From positions 62,001 through 126,000 of IMG/VR virus record IMGVR_UViG_3300028558_000016: 64,000 bases of DNA. One strand, 5' to 3'. The translations under genes were made by a program, and so were the position numbers. Position 1 is the first letter of the stretch. Every line of letters starts with the position of its first letter. This document shows, in pieces, positions 37,648 to 48,067 of this stretch. Under the pieces are notes generated by a model that made no database searches, had not been told where the DNA came from, and worked only from the letters and a program-made list of their open reading frames with translations.

Positions 37648-39704
37648 TGGGCATATTGATTTTCCACATTGGCATGGGTGCAGTGCCGGCAATCTCAAGG
37701 GAGCTTGCCAAGCTTGGTCCGTACCGATTTTTGGATTGGACAACATACATGGAACTTGGCCAAGGTGCTAAAGAACTTCTAAACAGAGACATCCTCAAAT
37801 TTTCTTCTGAATTAAAACCTGCAATTACTTTTCTACACATACAGCGACCTGGAGTAATATCTCCTGAGATCGCTGCTCAACTAAAAGGAGTTGTCATAAA
37901 TTATACTTATGACGTTTCTCTTCCAGTCCCAGAGTGGTATTATGACGTTGGTGCAAACATAAGCACAACTATATTTTCTTCTGAGAAGGAAGTATGGGAC
38001 TTAAAAGCAAAAGGAATAGAATCCCAGTTCCAACACGTTGGATACGATAATCTTGTTTTCAGAACAGATGGGTCAAGAGGAGAATATGGTGACATAGTTT
38101 TTCTTGGAAACAATTATACAGCCGATCAGAATTTCGAGTTGACAGACATGAGGCTTGACATGGTCAACTTTCTCAAGGACAAATACGGAGATCAATTTAA
38201 AGTTTATGGAAATAAATGGCCATATAACGACGGTAATCTCATGTACAGAGAATTGAAAGAAGCTGAATGTTACAGAAGCTGTAAGATAGCAATAAACATC
38301 TCGCATTTTGATCTCGAAAGATATACATCTGACAGAATGTTTAGAATAATGGGAAGCGGAGCTTTCTGTTTAACTAAATGGTACCCAGGTATAGAGAAAG
38401 ATTTCATTGACGGAGAACATCTGAGAGTATGGAAAGACTTCGATGAACTTAAAACTCTCATTGACTATTATTTGACACACGAAGAAGAACGTAATAAAAT
38501 AGCCCAAGCCGGAAATAAATATGTAAGTGAGCATTTGACATGGGAAATCAGAATTAAAAACATCATTGATATGGCACGAGCAAGATTAAGTAAGGAATAC
38601 AAGAGCAGGGTTGTAAAAGTTCAACAGCAAAATTATTATAAAGATCCAAGAGATGGAACTCAAATGAACATGCCCTTAAATATGGAGGAAGCTCCAAACG
38701 TTGTTGATCCAGATCAAGAAGAAACATATTTTCAACAAAAGGATATAGTTGAACCAGTTCATACTATAGAATTTTTATCTGAGATTCCAATATTACAAAC
38801 TCCGACTGGAGTAAATCCTCCTGAATATTTAAAACTGTATGGCGAAAGAAGAATTGATTATGAAAGATTAAGGAACACTTGTTTCTTTCAATTGAATAAT
38901 AAAAATGAAGTGGATGTATCTGTTATAATACCAGTTAGATCAAGGACAAATTTCAATAAGGTTCTCGTGAGACATCTTAAAGCGGCAATGGCAGCTTTCC
39001 CAGAAGTTACGTATGCAATAACTTTCGTAGAATACAGCGTTGAAATGGAACACAGAGCATTGTGTACTGAAGATGTTAATTACATAAACATTCCGTTCGG
39101 AGGATATTTCAATAAATGTCTATCGTTTAATGTTGGAGCAATGTTTTCTAACAAGGCAAAATACTATTTGTTCCATGATCTTGATATTGTCATGGACAAG
39201 AAATTCTTTACTAACATATTTGAAAATTTAAAGAGAAGCGGAAATGTAGCTCTTCAAACTTTTAGACTAAGAAGAGTTCTTTATTGTAATGAGAACCTTT
39301 CAAAAACAATAATCAGCGGGCAAGTTCCAATAGAACAGCTTCATACAAGATACCCAGGTATAACAGAACCTAATCTGCCTGAACAAATGAGAGCACCAGG
39401 CGGGTCGATATTCGTTTCAAGAGACCAATTCGTTCAAGCTGGAGGATATGACCCAGAATTATTTTTTGGATACTCAATAGAGGACCAATTCTTTTACGAC
39501 AAATTAAGCTTGACCGGTGGGATAGGTTCTTGTAACACTCCTGGAATAGAGGTTTACCATTTATACCATCCACCATTATGGAGCAGCAATCCATTTTTAA
39601 CTCACCACCATTCGATATACCAGGAATTTTCAGGAAAACCGCTGAGTGAAAAGAAAGCATTTTTTGAATTAGAAAGAGGTAACATAGCTAAGTTTGTAAA
39701 ATGA
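37647..39704 (+). CDS. CgeB/Glyco_trans_1_2 + GT2/GT7-like fusion glycosyltransferase
   Basis: DIVFLGN, SDRMFRIMGSG; IIPVR, FHDLD, GGYDPELFFGYSIED. Confidence 0.85.
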   Translation: MGILIFHIGMGAVPAISRELAKLGPYRFLDWTTYMELGQGAKELLNRDILKFSSELKPAITFLHIQRPGVISPEIAAQLKGVVINYTYDVSLPVPEWYYDVGANISTTIFSSEKEVWDLKAKGIESQFQHVGYDNLVFRTDGSRGEYGDIVFLGNNYTADQNFELTDMRLDMVNFLKDKYGDQFKVYGNKWPYNDGNLMYRELKEAECYRSCKIAINISHFDLERYTSDRMFRIMGSGAFCLTKWYPGIEKDFIDGEHLRVWKDFDELKTLIDYYLTHEEERNKIAQAGNKYVSEHLTWEIRIKNIIDMARARLSKEYKSRVVKVQQQNYYKDPRDGTQMNMPLNMEEAPNVVDPDQEETYFQQKDIVEPVHTIEFLSEIPILQTPTGVNPPEYLKLYGERRIDYERLRNTCFFQLNNKNEVDVSVIIPVRSRTNFNKVLVRHLKAAMAAFPEVTYAITFVEYSVEMEHRALCTEDVNYINIPFGGYFNKCLSFNVGAMFSNKAKYYLFHDLDIVMDKKFFTNIFENLKRSGNVALQTFRLRRVLYCNENLSKTIISGQVPIEQLHTRYPGITEPNLPEQMRAPGGSIFVSRDQFVQAGGYDPELFFGYSIEDQFFYDKLSLTGGIGSCNTPGIEVYHLYHPPLWSSNPFLTHHHSIYQEFSGKPLSEKKAFFELERGNIAKFVK

Positions 39705-40384
39705 TATTGATGATCACACATAAAAATCCAGATGAAGTTGAAAAAATGATAGAATCTGGAGAAAAGGAATTAAAATTCATGGATACCCTTTATGAATGGA
39801 ATGTTTCTGAAGGAGATAAAACTTTCAGACTTGATTATCCTCTTGATAAAAATTCAATAGTTATTGACCTTGGCGGATATTTGGGCGATTGGGCTGCATC
39901 AATTTGTTGTATGCATGATAGTCCACGCATGTTTATTTTTGAACCGGTTCCACAATTTTATAATATAATCAAAAGAAGATTTTTAAAGAATAAGCAAGTC
40001 AGCGTATTTGATTTTGGACTTTCTAACGAAAACAGAAAAGTTCTCATTGATCTGAAAGGAGACGCAACGTCTTTGTATTATGTAAATCAACAGCATGACC
40101 AAAATATAGAAATATCCTTGGTAGATATTGTAGAATTTTTTAATGGAAATAAATTCACTAAGATAGACCTTTTGAAATTAAACATAGAAGGTTCTGAATA
40201 TGATGTTCTCGAAAGATTGATTGAGAGTGGTTGGATAAATAATATAGAACATATCCAGGTTCAATTTCATGATTTTGTGGAAGGCGCAGAAGAAAGAAGA
40301 AATAAAATAAGAGAACAGCTATCACACACTCACGTAGAAAAATATAATTTCGATTTTATTTGGGAAGGATGGACTAAAAAATGA
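39701..40384 (+). CDS. FkbM-family methyltransferase
   Basis: IDLGGYLG, FEPV, LKLNIEGSEYDVL, QVQFH. Confidence 0.9.
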   Translation: MILMITHKNPDEVEKMIESGEKELKFMDTLYEWNVSEGDKTFRLDYPLDKNSIVIDLGGYLGDWAASICCMHDSPRMFIFEPVPQFYNIIKRRFLKNKQVSVFDFGLSNENRKVLIDLKGDATSLYYVNQQHDQNIEISLVDIVEFFNGNKFTKIDLLKLNIEGSEYDVLERLIESGWINNIEHIQVQFHDFVEGAEERRNKIREQLSHTHVEKYNFDFIWEGWTKK

Positions 40385-41172
40385 AAGCACGAGTTTTTTC
40401 AGGATGGGGTTTGACGGTGTCTCGAGAATTCGATAGACCCATAGATGTATATGTTGATACCGATGTAATAAATCAGGATAGTATTGGAATTAAAATTCTG
40501 CTTCTTGTAGAGCCTCCTGAAATATTAACAAGGACGACAGATTACGCTCTAAACAATTATCACAAGTACGATTATGTTTTCACTTACAATGATAGAGTTT
40601 TAAAGAATTGTCCTAACGCAAGATTCTTTATAGCAAATGATACATGGATAAAAGATGATTATATTCTTGGAAACAAAGCATTTGAAGTTTCTTCTATAGT
40701 TGGATTTAAAGCTGGAACGATAGGTCATAGAATGAGGCACCAATTATGGAATTCCAAAAATAGAATAACAATGCCTAAGAAATTTTATGCGAGCTCTGCT
40801 GGAGCACCTCCAAATACATTAAAGGAAGATATGGTTCTTGGTCATAGTAAATATCCATTATTTGATTCTCAATTTCACATAGTTATAGAAAATGTTCAAA
40901 TGATTAATATGTTTACTGAAAAATTAATTGATTGTTTTATGACTAAGACAATTCCCATTTTATGGGGATGTCCTAATATAGGAGATTTTTTTGATGTCAG
41001 AGGCATTTGTGTTGTTAACAGCGTAGAACAAATAATAGAAACATGCAATGTATTGAATCACACATCATACGATAGTGCAAAGGAATTCGTTGAAATAAAT
41101 CATGAGAAAGGTAAAAAATACGCTAACCTTGATTATAGATTAGGAGAAGCAATTCAGTCTATCTTATCTTGA
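40381..41172 (+). CDS. GT10 (alpha-1,3-fucosyltransferase-like)
   Basis: FHIVIEN...FTEKLIDCF...IPILWG. Confidence 0.75.
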   Translation: MKARVFSGWGLTVSREFDRPIDVYVDTDVINQDSIGIKILLLVEPPEILTRTTDYALNNYHKYDYVFTYNDRVLKNCPNARFFIANDTWIKDDYILGNKAFEVSSIVGFKAGTIGHRMRHQLWNSKNRITMPKKFYASSAGAPPNTLKEDMVLGHSKYPLFDSQFHIVIENVQMINMFTEKLIDCFMTKTIPILWGCPNIGDFFDVRGICVVNSVEQIIETCNVLNHTSYDSAKEFVEINHEKGKKYANLDYRLGEAIQSILS

Positions 41173-41482
41173 TCAATCCTCTAAGTCTGTCAGCTTCATC
41201 ATCGTCAAGCAATCTTTTTAAATTACTTCCAAACTCTCTTACATATATTGTTTTTCCGCCATCCGGAGATTCATAAATCTTTTTTTCTGCGTCCTCTGGT
41301 TCCGCTATCATTCTTGTATCAATAAAAATTGCACAAAGATCTCCGTCATCATATTTCTTCTTAAACACTTCGTGAACCTTTAAATAAGACTCGTCTTCAT
41401 ATTCCATGAATAACGGAGAAGGTTCTTCTCCAGTCGACAAGCTTATCATCGACCATATTTGATAAACAGTTACAGTTCTCAT
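41159..41482 (-). CDS. hypothetical protein
   Basis: YESPDGGKTIYVREFG motif; coupled to gmd. Confidence 0.55.
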   Translation of the reverse strand: MRTVTVYQIWSMISLSTGEEPSPLFMEYEDESYLKVHEVFKKKYDDGDLCAIFIDTRMIAEPEDAEKKIYESPDGGKTIYVREFGSNLKRLLDDDEADRLRGLIKIR

Positions 41483-42480
41483 CTATGTGATTGTTTTCCT
41501 TGTAATACATCCATCCAGTGATCGCACATCTCATGCATCATCTCAACGAATGTGTAGGTTGGTTTCCAACCAAGAGCTGTTCTTATTTTAGTAGAGTCTC
41601 CTTTCAAATAAGGAAGTTCTTCTGGTCTTAAAAATTTATCGTTTTGTACAACATAATCTTTGTAATCTAATCCAAGGTAGTTGAACACAACATCACACAT
41701 TTCTCTTACCGAATGTGTCTCCATCGTCGACACAACGAAATCATCGGCAACATCATGTTTCATCATTGCGTGCATTGCTTTTACGTAATCCTTAGAATGT
41801 CCCCAATCCCTGAATGAATCCATGTTACCCATTTCTAATTTGGTTTGCTTTCCAAGTTTTATCATGCAAGCTCCCTTGACAACTTTGTTGGTCACAAAGT
41901 TTGAACCTCTTCTTGGCGATTCATGATTGAATAATATTCCATTTACTGCATGAAGCTTGTAAGCTCTTCTGTAATGTCTTACAACGTTATATCCAAAAAC
42001 TTTTGAGCAGCCATAAGGAGAAACAGGATTCATGACAGTTGTTTCTCTTTGAAATCCATCTGAGTCAACCGTTAATCCAAACATCTCAGATGAACTTGCT
42101 TGGTAGAATTTTGCGTTTGGGCAAATTCTCTTATAAGCTTCTAACATATTAATAACTCCGACTGCATTTGTTTGTACAGTAAATTGTGGAATGTCAAAAC
42201 TTATTCTCACGTGGCTTTGCGCTCCTATATTATAAATCTCATCTGGTTTTATTTCTGTCAATAGTTTTTCTATTGACGTTTGATCCATTAAATCTCCGTA
42301 AAAAACGTTTATCTTGTCTTGAATCAATTCAAGTCTTGATTGTTGATTTTCGGGAACAGAATTTCTTCTTACCATTCCATAAACCTCGTAACCGAGATCC
42401 AATAAATATTCGGCGAGGTAACTTCCGTCTTGTCCGCCAATTCCAGTGATGAATGCTTTTTTAGCTTGCATATTTTTCAA
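41479..42480 (-). CDS. gmd: GDP-mannose 4,6-dehydratase
   Basis: ITGIGGQDGSYLAE, AQSHV, QASSSEMFG, SPYGCSK, FNHESPRRG, RDWGH. Confidence 0.95.
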   Translation of the reverse strand: MKNMQAKKAFITGIGGQDGSYLAEYLLDLGYEVYGMVRRNSVPENQQSRLELIQDKINVFYGDLMDQTSIEKLLTEIKPDEIYNIGAQSHVRISFDIPQFTVQTNAVGVINMLEAYKRICPNAKFYQASSSEMFGLTVDSDGFQRETTVMNPVSPYGCSKVFGYNVVRHYRRAYKLHAVNGILFNHESPRRGSNFVTNKVVKGACMIKLGKQTKLEMGNMDSFRDWGHSKDYVKAMHAMMKHDVADDFVVSTMETHSVREMCDVVFNYLGLDYKDYVVQNDKFLRPEELPYLKGDSTKIRTALGWKPTYTFVEMMHEMCDHWMDVLQGKQSHR

Positions 42481-43093
42481 ATATTTTCATTTTAGTTAAA
42501 TCCGGCCAATCTTCAGTAACCCACTGTCTTGGCGTATTATTAATTGCTTCTGGTAATTTTTCCAATCCAAGCTTTGCAGTTTCTGGAGTCATGTAATAAT
42601 GATACCCCATTGTGTTTATGTTTTGGCTTCTCCAAGGAATGTTTGGCAACCTACCATCATAGCTCATCTTTTTTAATTCGAGTGCAACATCATCATCGTC
42701 ACAAAGAATCATACCGCCTCTTCCAAGGCTCAAGTGTTTTTGATATTGAAAACTAACACTCATGAATGTTCCTGGAATGTAACTATCTTTTTTCCAAAGA
42801 ACAGCCGCATCAATTATAGTAGGAGTCAGTCTGTAATAGTCAATCCACTTTTCATCATTCCAAACTAAATTAATTCCTAATTTAGTTGCCAAAAACGGAA
42901 TTGAAATGTATGTGTGTTTAGGACAATCAAATGATTTGACATTAAAATATCTCAAGCATAGCTCAATTCCATGTGTGCATGAATCTATTGAGATGCCATG
43001 TTTAGCTCCAAAGAATTTTGAAACTTCCTTTTCAAAGTCTCCAACAGAACTAAAATCGATAGGTTTTATTTTATTTTCCATTTTAGTATCCAA
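42461..43093 (-). CDS. DegT/DnrJ-family PLP aminotransferase (short, 210 aa)
   Basis: SCTHGI, IDAA, SFQYQKHL..GRGG. Confidence 0.8.
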   Translation of the reverse strand: MDTKMENKIKPIDFSSVGDFEKEVSKFFGAKHGISIDSCTHGIELCLRYFNVKSFDCPKHTYISIPFLATKLGINLVWNDEKWIDYYRLTPTIIDAAVLWKKDSYIPGTFMSVSFQYQKHLSLGRGGMILCDDDDVALELKKMSYDGRLPNIPWRSQNINTMGYHYYMTPETAKLGLEKLPEAINNTPRQWVTEDWPDLTKMKIFEKYAS

Positions 43094-43628
43094 GTTTTTT
43101 TGCGTATTCCAATATATTTTCTTTATTTCTTATCTTAACCGGTTTAGCCGGGCTTCCCACGTATATCGTCCAAGGTTCAGCATTTTTAGTCAATAAAGAA
43201 TTAGCCCCAAGTATTGCTCCTTCGCCAAGAGTAACGCCAGGCATGATTGAACAATTTACTCCGCATCCAGCAAACTTTTCGAAAGTTACATTTTTTAAAA
43301 TCAATTTTCTGTATTCTATTGGAATTGTTGGTCCAACCAATCCTTCACCAGTATAATCTTCGCTTCCAGTTATAATTTTAGTACCAGCTGCAACGAAAGA
43401 AAAATCCTTTAAAATTACAGTGGTAGTTTTTCCTCCTATGGTGACAACATAAGGAGCAATGTGAACATAGTCTCCTATCTCAACCATCGTTGAGAATGTA
43501 ACTCCATTGTCAATTGCAACATGACTTCCAACAGTACATAGTTGTGGATGCTTTATTATGGCAGTGTCATGTATGAAAACATCTATTCCATAAGTTTTGA
43601 ATTCTAATACTCTTTCGCTGTTATCCAT
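43083..43628 (-). CDS. hexapeptide-repeat acyltransferase
   Basis: IGDYVHIAP, IMPGVTLGEGAILGANS, GSPAK. Confidence 0.9.
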   Translation of the reverse strand: MDNSERVLEFKTYGIDVFIHDTAIIKHPQLCTVGSHVAIDNGVTFSTMVEIGDYVHIAPYVVTIGGKTTTVILKDFSFVAAGTKIITGSEDYTGEGLVGPTIPIEYRKLILKNVTFEKFAGCGVNCSIMPGVTLGEGAILGANSLLTKNAEPWTIYVGSPAKPVKIRNKENILEYAKKLGY

Positions 43629-44037
43629 TTATAAAAGTCTTGTCTAATTTTTGTCCTTCATAAGGTCCTGTTTTATATTCATATACAACAGTATCTTCTT
43701 CTAATATCTCATACGTATGTCCTCCATATAATGTAAAGCTTGCATCGCCTGCTTCAAGAATTGGAGTTGCTATTACTGTGTCATCAATGTCATAAAATAT
43801 ACATTTGACTTTTCCTCTTATCACCACCCAAGACTCTTGGGCTATTTGTTCTGTATATGCTCTTGATTTAGTTATATGCTTATGAGGTGGAAAAGTTTTT
43901 CCGTTTGGCATTTTTAATGTAGCACATTGTATGAAATTATTAGCAGGAACGACTTCTTGTCTTCCTTCAATCTCTGTGAGCCTATTGATAATATGTAATA
44001 GCTTTTCTGGTTCTATTTTTGAATATATTAATTCCAT
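43621..44037 (-). CDS. WbuC-like cupin
   Basis: PHKH, QESW.V..G, GGH, EYKTGPY. Confidence 0.75.
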   Translation of the reverse strand: MELIYSKIEPEKLLHIINRLTEIEGRQEVVPANNFIQCATLKMPNGKTFPPHKHITKSRAYTEQIAQESWVVIRGKVKCIFYDIDDTVIATPILEAGDASFTLYGGHTYEILEEDTVVYEYKTGPYEGQKLDKTFING

Positions 44038-44040
44038 GTT

Positions 44041-44841
44041 TTAAACGTATATTTTTATCCAGCTTTCTGGAAGTATGTCCTGTGATGCAATGCTCTGTTC
44101 ATTGAACCATCTCAACGGTCCAACCACCTTCTTGTTAGGATTTTTATTCAACCATGCCGCCCACCAAGAGAATGAAGAATTCGACGTTATTTGATGATTA
44201 CACATGCTCATGAGAAATAGGTCAACGTAATCTTTTTCTCCTTCAATAAACACAAATTTATCACCTTTAAAATTATCTTTGCACCATTGAATGTCATCGC
44301 TGAATACAACATATTTTTGAACGTCTCCAATTGCTTCCATTCCCTGTCTGAAGTACTCAATATCTTGTACGCAATGGACGTGTTGAAGTTTCAAATAGTC
44401 TCCTCTTCTGACATGAATTGCACAGGTTTCTATATTTAATAAATCAGAATATTTTCCAATAATGTATGCTTTTATAGAATCATTAGGCTCATACATATCA
44501 AGTATTAAATCCCTATTGTGTTTAAAGAATTTCTCGCATTGAAAAAAGCCGCTATAACTTGCTCTGTCTTCGTATGGAATTTCAGCAAACATGAACGGAA
44601 TTGAAATGGTTCTTGACGAAGCAACATTATCTTGCTTCAGGTTTAGGTTCTTGAATATGGTTGCATATTCCTGTGCGTATGTAAGTTTTGGATTGTGGTG
44701 AGTGTCTTTGTTCATCGCATCAAGTTGAGAACTAAAATTAGGAAAGCTTACTTCTGTATTTTTGTCTTTAGCAAAAGATCTCATTGCAGCAATCTGAAAC
44801 ATTATGTTGGCAAGTCCACCTTGCAATGTGCATGTTATCAT
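44041..44841 (-). CDS. GT11 alpha-1,2-fucosyltransferase-like
   Basis: GGLAN.MFQ, HVRRGDY, FSDD, NSSFSWWAA. Confidence 0.9.
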   Translation of the reverse strand: MITCTLQGGLANIMFQIAAMRSFAKDKNTEVSFPNFSSQLDAMNKDTHHNPKLTYAQEYATIFKNLNLKQDNVASSRTISIPFMFAEIPYEDRASYSGFFQCEKFFKHNRDLILDMYEPNDSIKAYIIGKYSDLLNIETCAIHVRRGDYLKLQHVHCVQDIEYFRQGMEAIGDVQKYVVFSDDIQWCKDNFKGDKFVFIEGEKDYVDLFLMSMCNHQITSNSSFSWWAAWLNKNPNKKVVGPLRWFNEQSIASQDILPESWIKIYV

Positions 44842-45461
44842 ATATTTTTAGGTTTCATGAATGATGTATAGTCTTGAAAAACGTTGTGTATGTCGCTGAC
44901 TCCAGGTCTTTGCCATGCGATTGCTGGGTTGAATGTAAAACTTCTCGTTCCGGCGTGAAATTCGGAATATGCAACGTCAACTTGGTTTGCAAAAGCTTCT
45001 ATTCTTTGTATAACTGCTTTTGCCATGTTCAACGATATTCCATAATGACTCGTCGTATAGGTTCTTGTTATTCTGCTTATTGCATTGTTTATTGGTATTG
45101 GAGGGTTCAAATGATTTCCTCCGAAATATAACATGTCCCAATCAGTTGGAATGTTTGCAACATTAGCCTCAAAATATTCTTGAACATTTGGTATGAATAC
45201 TGCATCGTCCTCAAGAACCAATATCTTGTTCCAATTGTTTTCAACCATTTTCTTAAGTATTCCAGAATGACTCAGCGAGCATCCCATCTCGCCTGCGGTG
45301 ATACTTCCTGTTGGTCTTAGTGTTTGTCCATCTACTCCGGAAACTCTTTCCACAGTCAATCCTATTCTATCGAATTCTGCGGTTGACTCAGCCCATTTGT
45401 CTGGTCTTCTATCAAGGTTTATACAGAAAACCTTGTCAAAAAAGTGGTTAATTGCGCTCAT
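44838..45461 (-). CDS. GT25 glycosyltransferase
   Basis: INLDRRPD, GEMGCSLSH, VLEDD. Confidence 0.9.
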   Translation of the reverse strand: MSAINHFFDKVFCINLDRRPDKWAESTAEFDRIGLTVERVSGVDGQTLRPTGSITAGEMGCSLSHSGILKKMVENNWNKILVLEDDAVFIPNVQEYFEANVANIPTDWDMLYFGGNHLNPPIPINNAISRITRTYTTSHYGISLNMAKAVIQRIEAFANQVDVAYSEFHAGTRSFTFNPAIAWQRPGVSDIHNVFQDYTSFMKPKNI

Positions 45462-45499
45462 GGTATATATATCAAACAACCAAAATCACAGATAAAACC

Positions 45500-46183
45500 A
45501 TGAGCTACATAGCAACGTTGACACCAGAACAAAGAAATAATATGAATATTATTCTTAACACGTGCCCAAGAAAAGGCATAACAAACACCTTCGCAAAGGC
45601 GGCCGTATTAGCCGTTGCAAGCAAGGAGTGTGAATTGAAATTGCACAAAGAAGCAAGTTATGCACATACTTCCAATGAAAGGATCAGAGCCATCTTTGGC
45701 CACCATTTTACAGGAGTGACTGAAGAACAATTAAATGCAATCAAGGTAAACGATAAGTTATTTTTTAACAAAGTATACGGAAATTTATACGGTAACGGTC
45801 CAGACAATGGATGGATGTACGTTGGCCGTGGGTTCAACCAAATAACGTTTCTTGGAAACTATAGAGCGCTTGGATTGAAACTGAACGTTGACCTCGTCAA
45901 CCATCCTGAATTGTTAGACAATCCACAAATTGCCGCTGAAGCATTGTGCCAATATTTTATTGATCGTTTTCACTCTATAACAGCAGAAGCAATTAATGAA
46001 GACCATACGGCTGACATCAACGGATTCACTAACCTAAATGACTCATTGATAGGAATTTACCACGCTAACGCAGGTTGGGGTAAAAAAATATTCCCAGATG
46101 AAACAGGTGGGTTTGCTAAAGCCAAATCAAGGATAGATGAATTTTATCATTTAGTCTCAGCACCAACAGCACCAACGGCTTAA
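45500..46183 (+). CDS. GH19/lysozyme-like endolysin
   Basis: YGN..DNGWMYVGRGFNQIT..NY, DLVNHPELL. Confidence 0.8.
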   Translation: MSYIATLTPEQRNNMNIILNTCPRKGITNTFAKAAVLAVASKECELKLHKEASYAHTSNERIRAIFGHHFTGVTEEQLNAIKVNDKLFFNKVYGNLYGNGPDNGWMYVGRGFNQITFLGNYRALGLKLNVDLVNHPELLDNPQIAAEALCQYFIDRFHSITAEAINEDHTADINGFTNLNDSLIGIYHANAGWGKKIFPDETGGFAKAKSRIDEFYHLVSAPTAPTA

Positions 46184-46238
46184 AAGCGTTGAAACATTAC
46201 TCTTCTTAAGGATATAAGAATTGAGTAAAAGTAATTCA

Positions 46239-46715
46239 ATGAAAATAATCCTTGTAGGTCCAGGCGCAGGTGGAAAAGACCATCTAAAAAAGAAATTCCT
46301 TGGAAGAGGATTCAAACAATCTGTTTCGTACACTACACGTCCGCCGAGGACAAATGAAAGAGATGGAGTTGATTATCACTTCATCAGCGAGGATGAGTTC
46401 AAAGAAATGATCGACTCAAAAGATTTTCGTGAATGGAATATCTTCGGAGATCAAAAGTGGTATTACGGAACCACTCTAAGAGAATTCAATGCAGCAAGTC
46501 TTTTTGTGATGACACCATCTGGAATACGTGCATTGTCGACTCAAGAACGAAAAGAATGTTTTGTTATTTACATTGACATACCGGAAGAAGTGAGAAGAGA
46601 ACGATTAAAAGCAAGACAGGACGCAGATGATCCTGAGAGGCGAATTAGAACAGACATCGAAGACTTCAAAGACTTCAAAGATTATGACATGAGGGTTACG
46701 AATCCTGATTTTTGA
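46239..46715 (+). CDS. gmk: guanylate kinase
   Basis: GPGAGGKD, SYTTRPPR..E.DGVDYHF, YYGT. Confidence 0.9.
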   Translation: MKIILVGPGAGGKDHLKKKFLGRGFKQSVSYTTRPPRTNERDGVDYHFISEDEFKEMIDSKDFREWNIFGDQKWYYGTTLREFNAASLFVMTPSGIRALSTQERKECFVIYIDIPEEVRRERLKARQDADDPERRIRTDIEDFKDFKDYDMRVTNPDF

Positions 46716-46737
46716 TAACATAAAAACTTCCCCACTC

Positions 46738-47310
46738 ATGTGGTTTAAAAATTTATTCAAAAAGAAAAAGAAAATGATTTCAGCAGACAAAATAGAGGAT
46801 CTTAAGGCATATCTGTCTGGCTTCTCTAAATACCAATGGTTAAAATCCGAGAGAGCTGGAGCCATCACTGAATTTCTAAATGTCGCCATCGAACAAGATG
46901 GGTCTGTCATGGTGGAATTTGCAGATGGCAGCAGGTGTAAGTATGAGCTCATGAACGAATTTCTTATTAAAACCAACAATGAACATGAATTGCTTGATGT
47001 GGAACCTCCTGCAAATGCTCCTGTTGGAGAACAGAAGACTAACACGAATATAAGCAACGTTCAAGTAAGAACTCAACCAAAAGCTCCTGACAATCCAATT
47101 CATACTTTGCTCAAAAAGCAAAAACCAAATCCAGTCAATATTGATATTACGATGGAGCTAAATATTCCATCAGCAGAATTATACGGAGTCATCTGTCAAT
47201 CATTTGAAGATGCTGAAGAAGAGATAGTCAATTATATAGTATCAGGATTGGACATTGATACAATCAAGAACTCCGTTAAGGAGGCGATTAAAAAATATTA
47301 TTCTCAATGA
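46738..47310 (+). CDS. hypothetical protein
   Basis: ORF in operon. Confidence 0.6.
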   Translation: MWFKNLFKKKKKMISADKIEDLKAYLSGFSKYQWLKSERAGAITEFLNVAIEQDGSVMVEFADGSRCKYELMNEFLIKTNNEHELLDVEPPANAPVGEQKTNTNISNVQVRTQPKAPDNPIHTLLKKQKPNPVNIDITMELNIPSAELYGVICQSFEDAEEEIVNYIVSGLDIDTIKNSVKEAIKKYYSQ

Positions 47311-48065
47311 TGGAATCAGAAAAGAAAGTTCTTAGCAGCAACGAATATTTCGAGGTCATTCAAAAAGATGGAATGTTCGGAATAGAACCAACCGATCTTT
47401 GTGTGGTCATTATGCCTTTTGAAAGAGACACAAGAGGTCTTCCTAAAACGCTTGGGGTTCTTAAGGAATATAATCCAATGCGTGACGGAAACTATTCGAT
47501 CACTCTAATAACTGGAAGAGCTGAGGGTGAAGACCCAGATGTTCTTTCAACTGCTATAAGAGAATTGAAAGAAGAAAGCGGATATGACGTTCAAGATCCA
47601 GAAAGATGGTTTTACCTTGGGCTTATGACAACCTCTAAAGTTGTCTTGCAAGAACATCCATGTTTTGCAGTTGACGTTACAGGATTGGAAAAAGCTCCTA
47701 AGGAAGGAGATGGCAGCGTGTCAGAAGCAAAAAGCCAATACATGCAAATGAGCGTGAAAGAAGCTTTAAACACCAATGATGCATTTGTTCCAACATTGTT
47801 CATGAAAATATTCAGATACATATTTGGATTTGATATTGGAAAAGAAGAAGAAAATCAAGATGACAAGATACACAATCTCAAGAAAAAGATTGACATCACA
47901 TATTTAAACATTGATGGAGTTCTTGGTTCATTGGTTAGACACGACATACAAGGAGAACCTTACATTGAATATACTGTCAGAGCGATAACCGATGACATTA
48001 ATAGAATACCGAAACAAGTTGATGGAGTTAACATAATAATTAAAATCGCTGAGAGCGAATTATAA
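47307..48065 (+). CDS. Nudix hydrolase
   Basis: G..E....TAIRELKEESG Nudix box. Confidence 0.85.
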   Translation: MMESEKKVLSSNEYFEVIQKDGMFGIEPTDLCVVIMPFERDTRGLPKTLGVLKEYNPMRDGNYSITLITGRAEGEDPDVLSTAIRELKEESGYDVQDPERWFYLGLMTTSKVVLQEHPCFAVDVTGLEKAPKEGDGSVSEAKSQYMQMSVKEALNTNDAFVPTLFMKIFRYIFGFDIGKEEENQDDKIHNLKKKIDITYLNIDGVLGSLVRHDIQGEPYIEYTVRAITDDINRIPKQVDGVNIIIKIAESEL

Positions 48066-48067
48066 CC

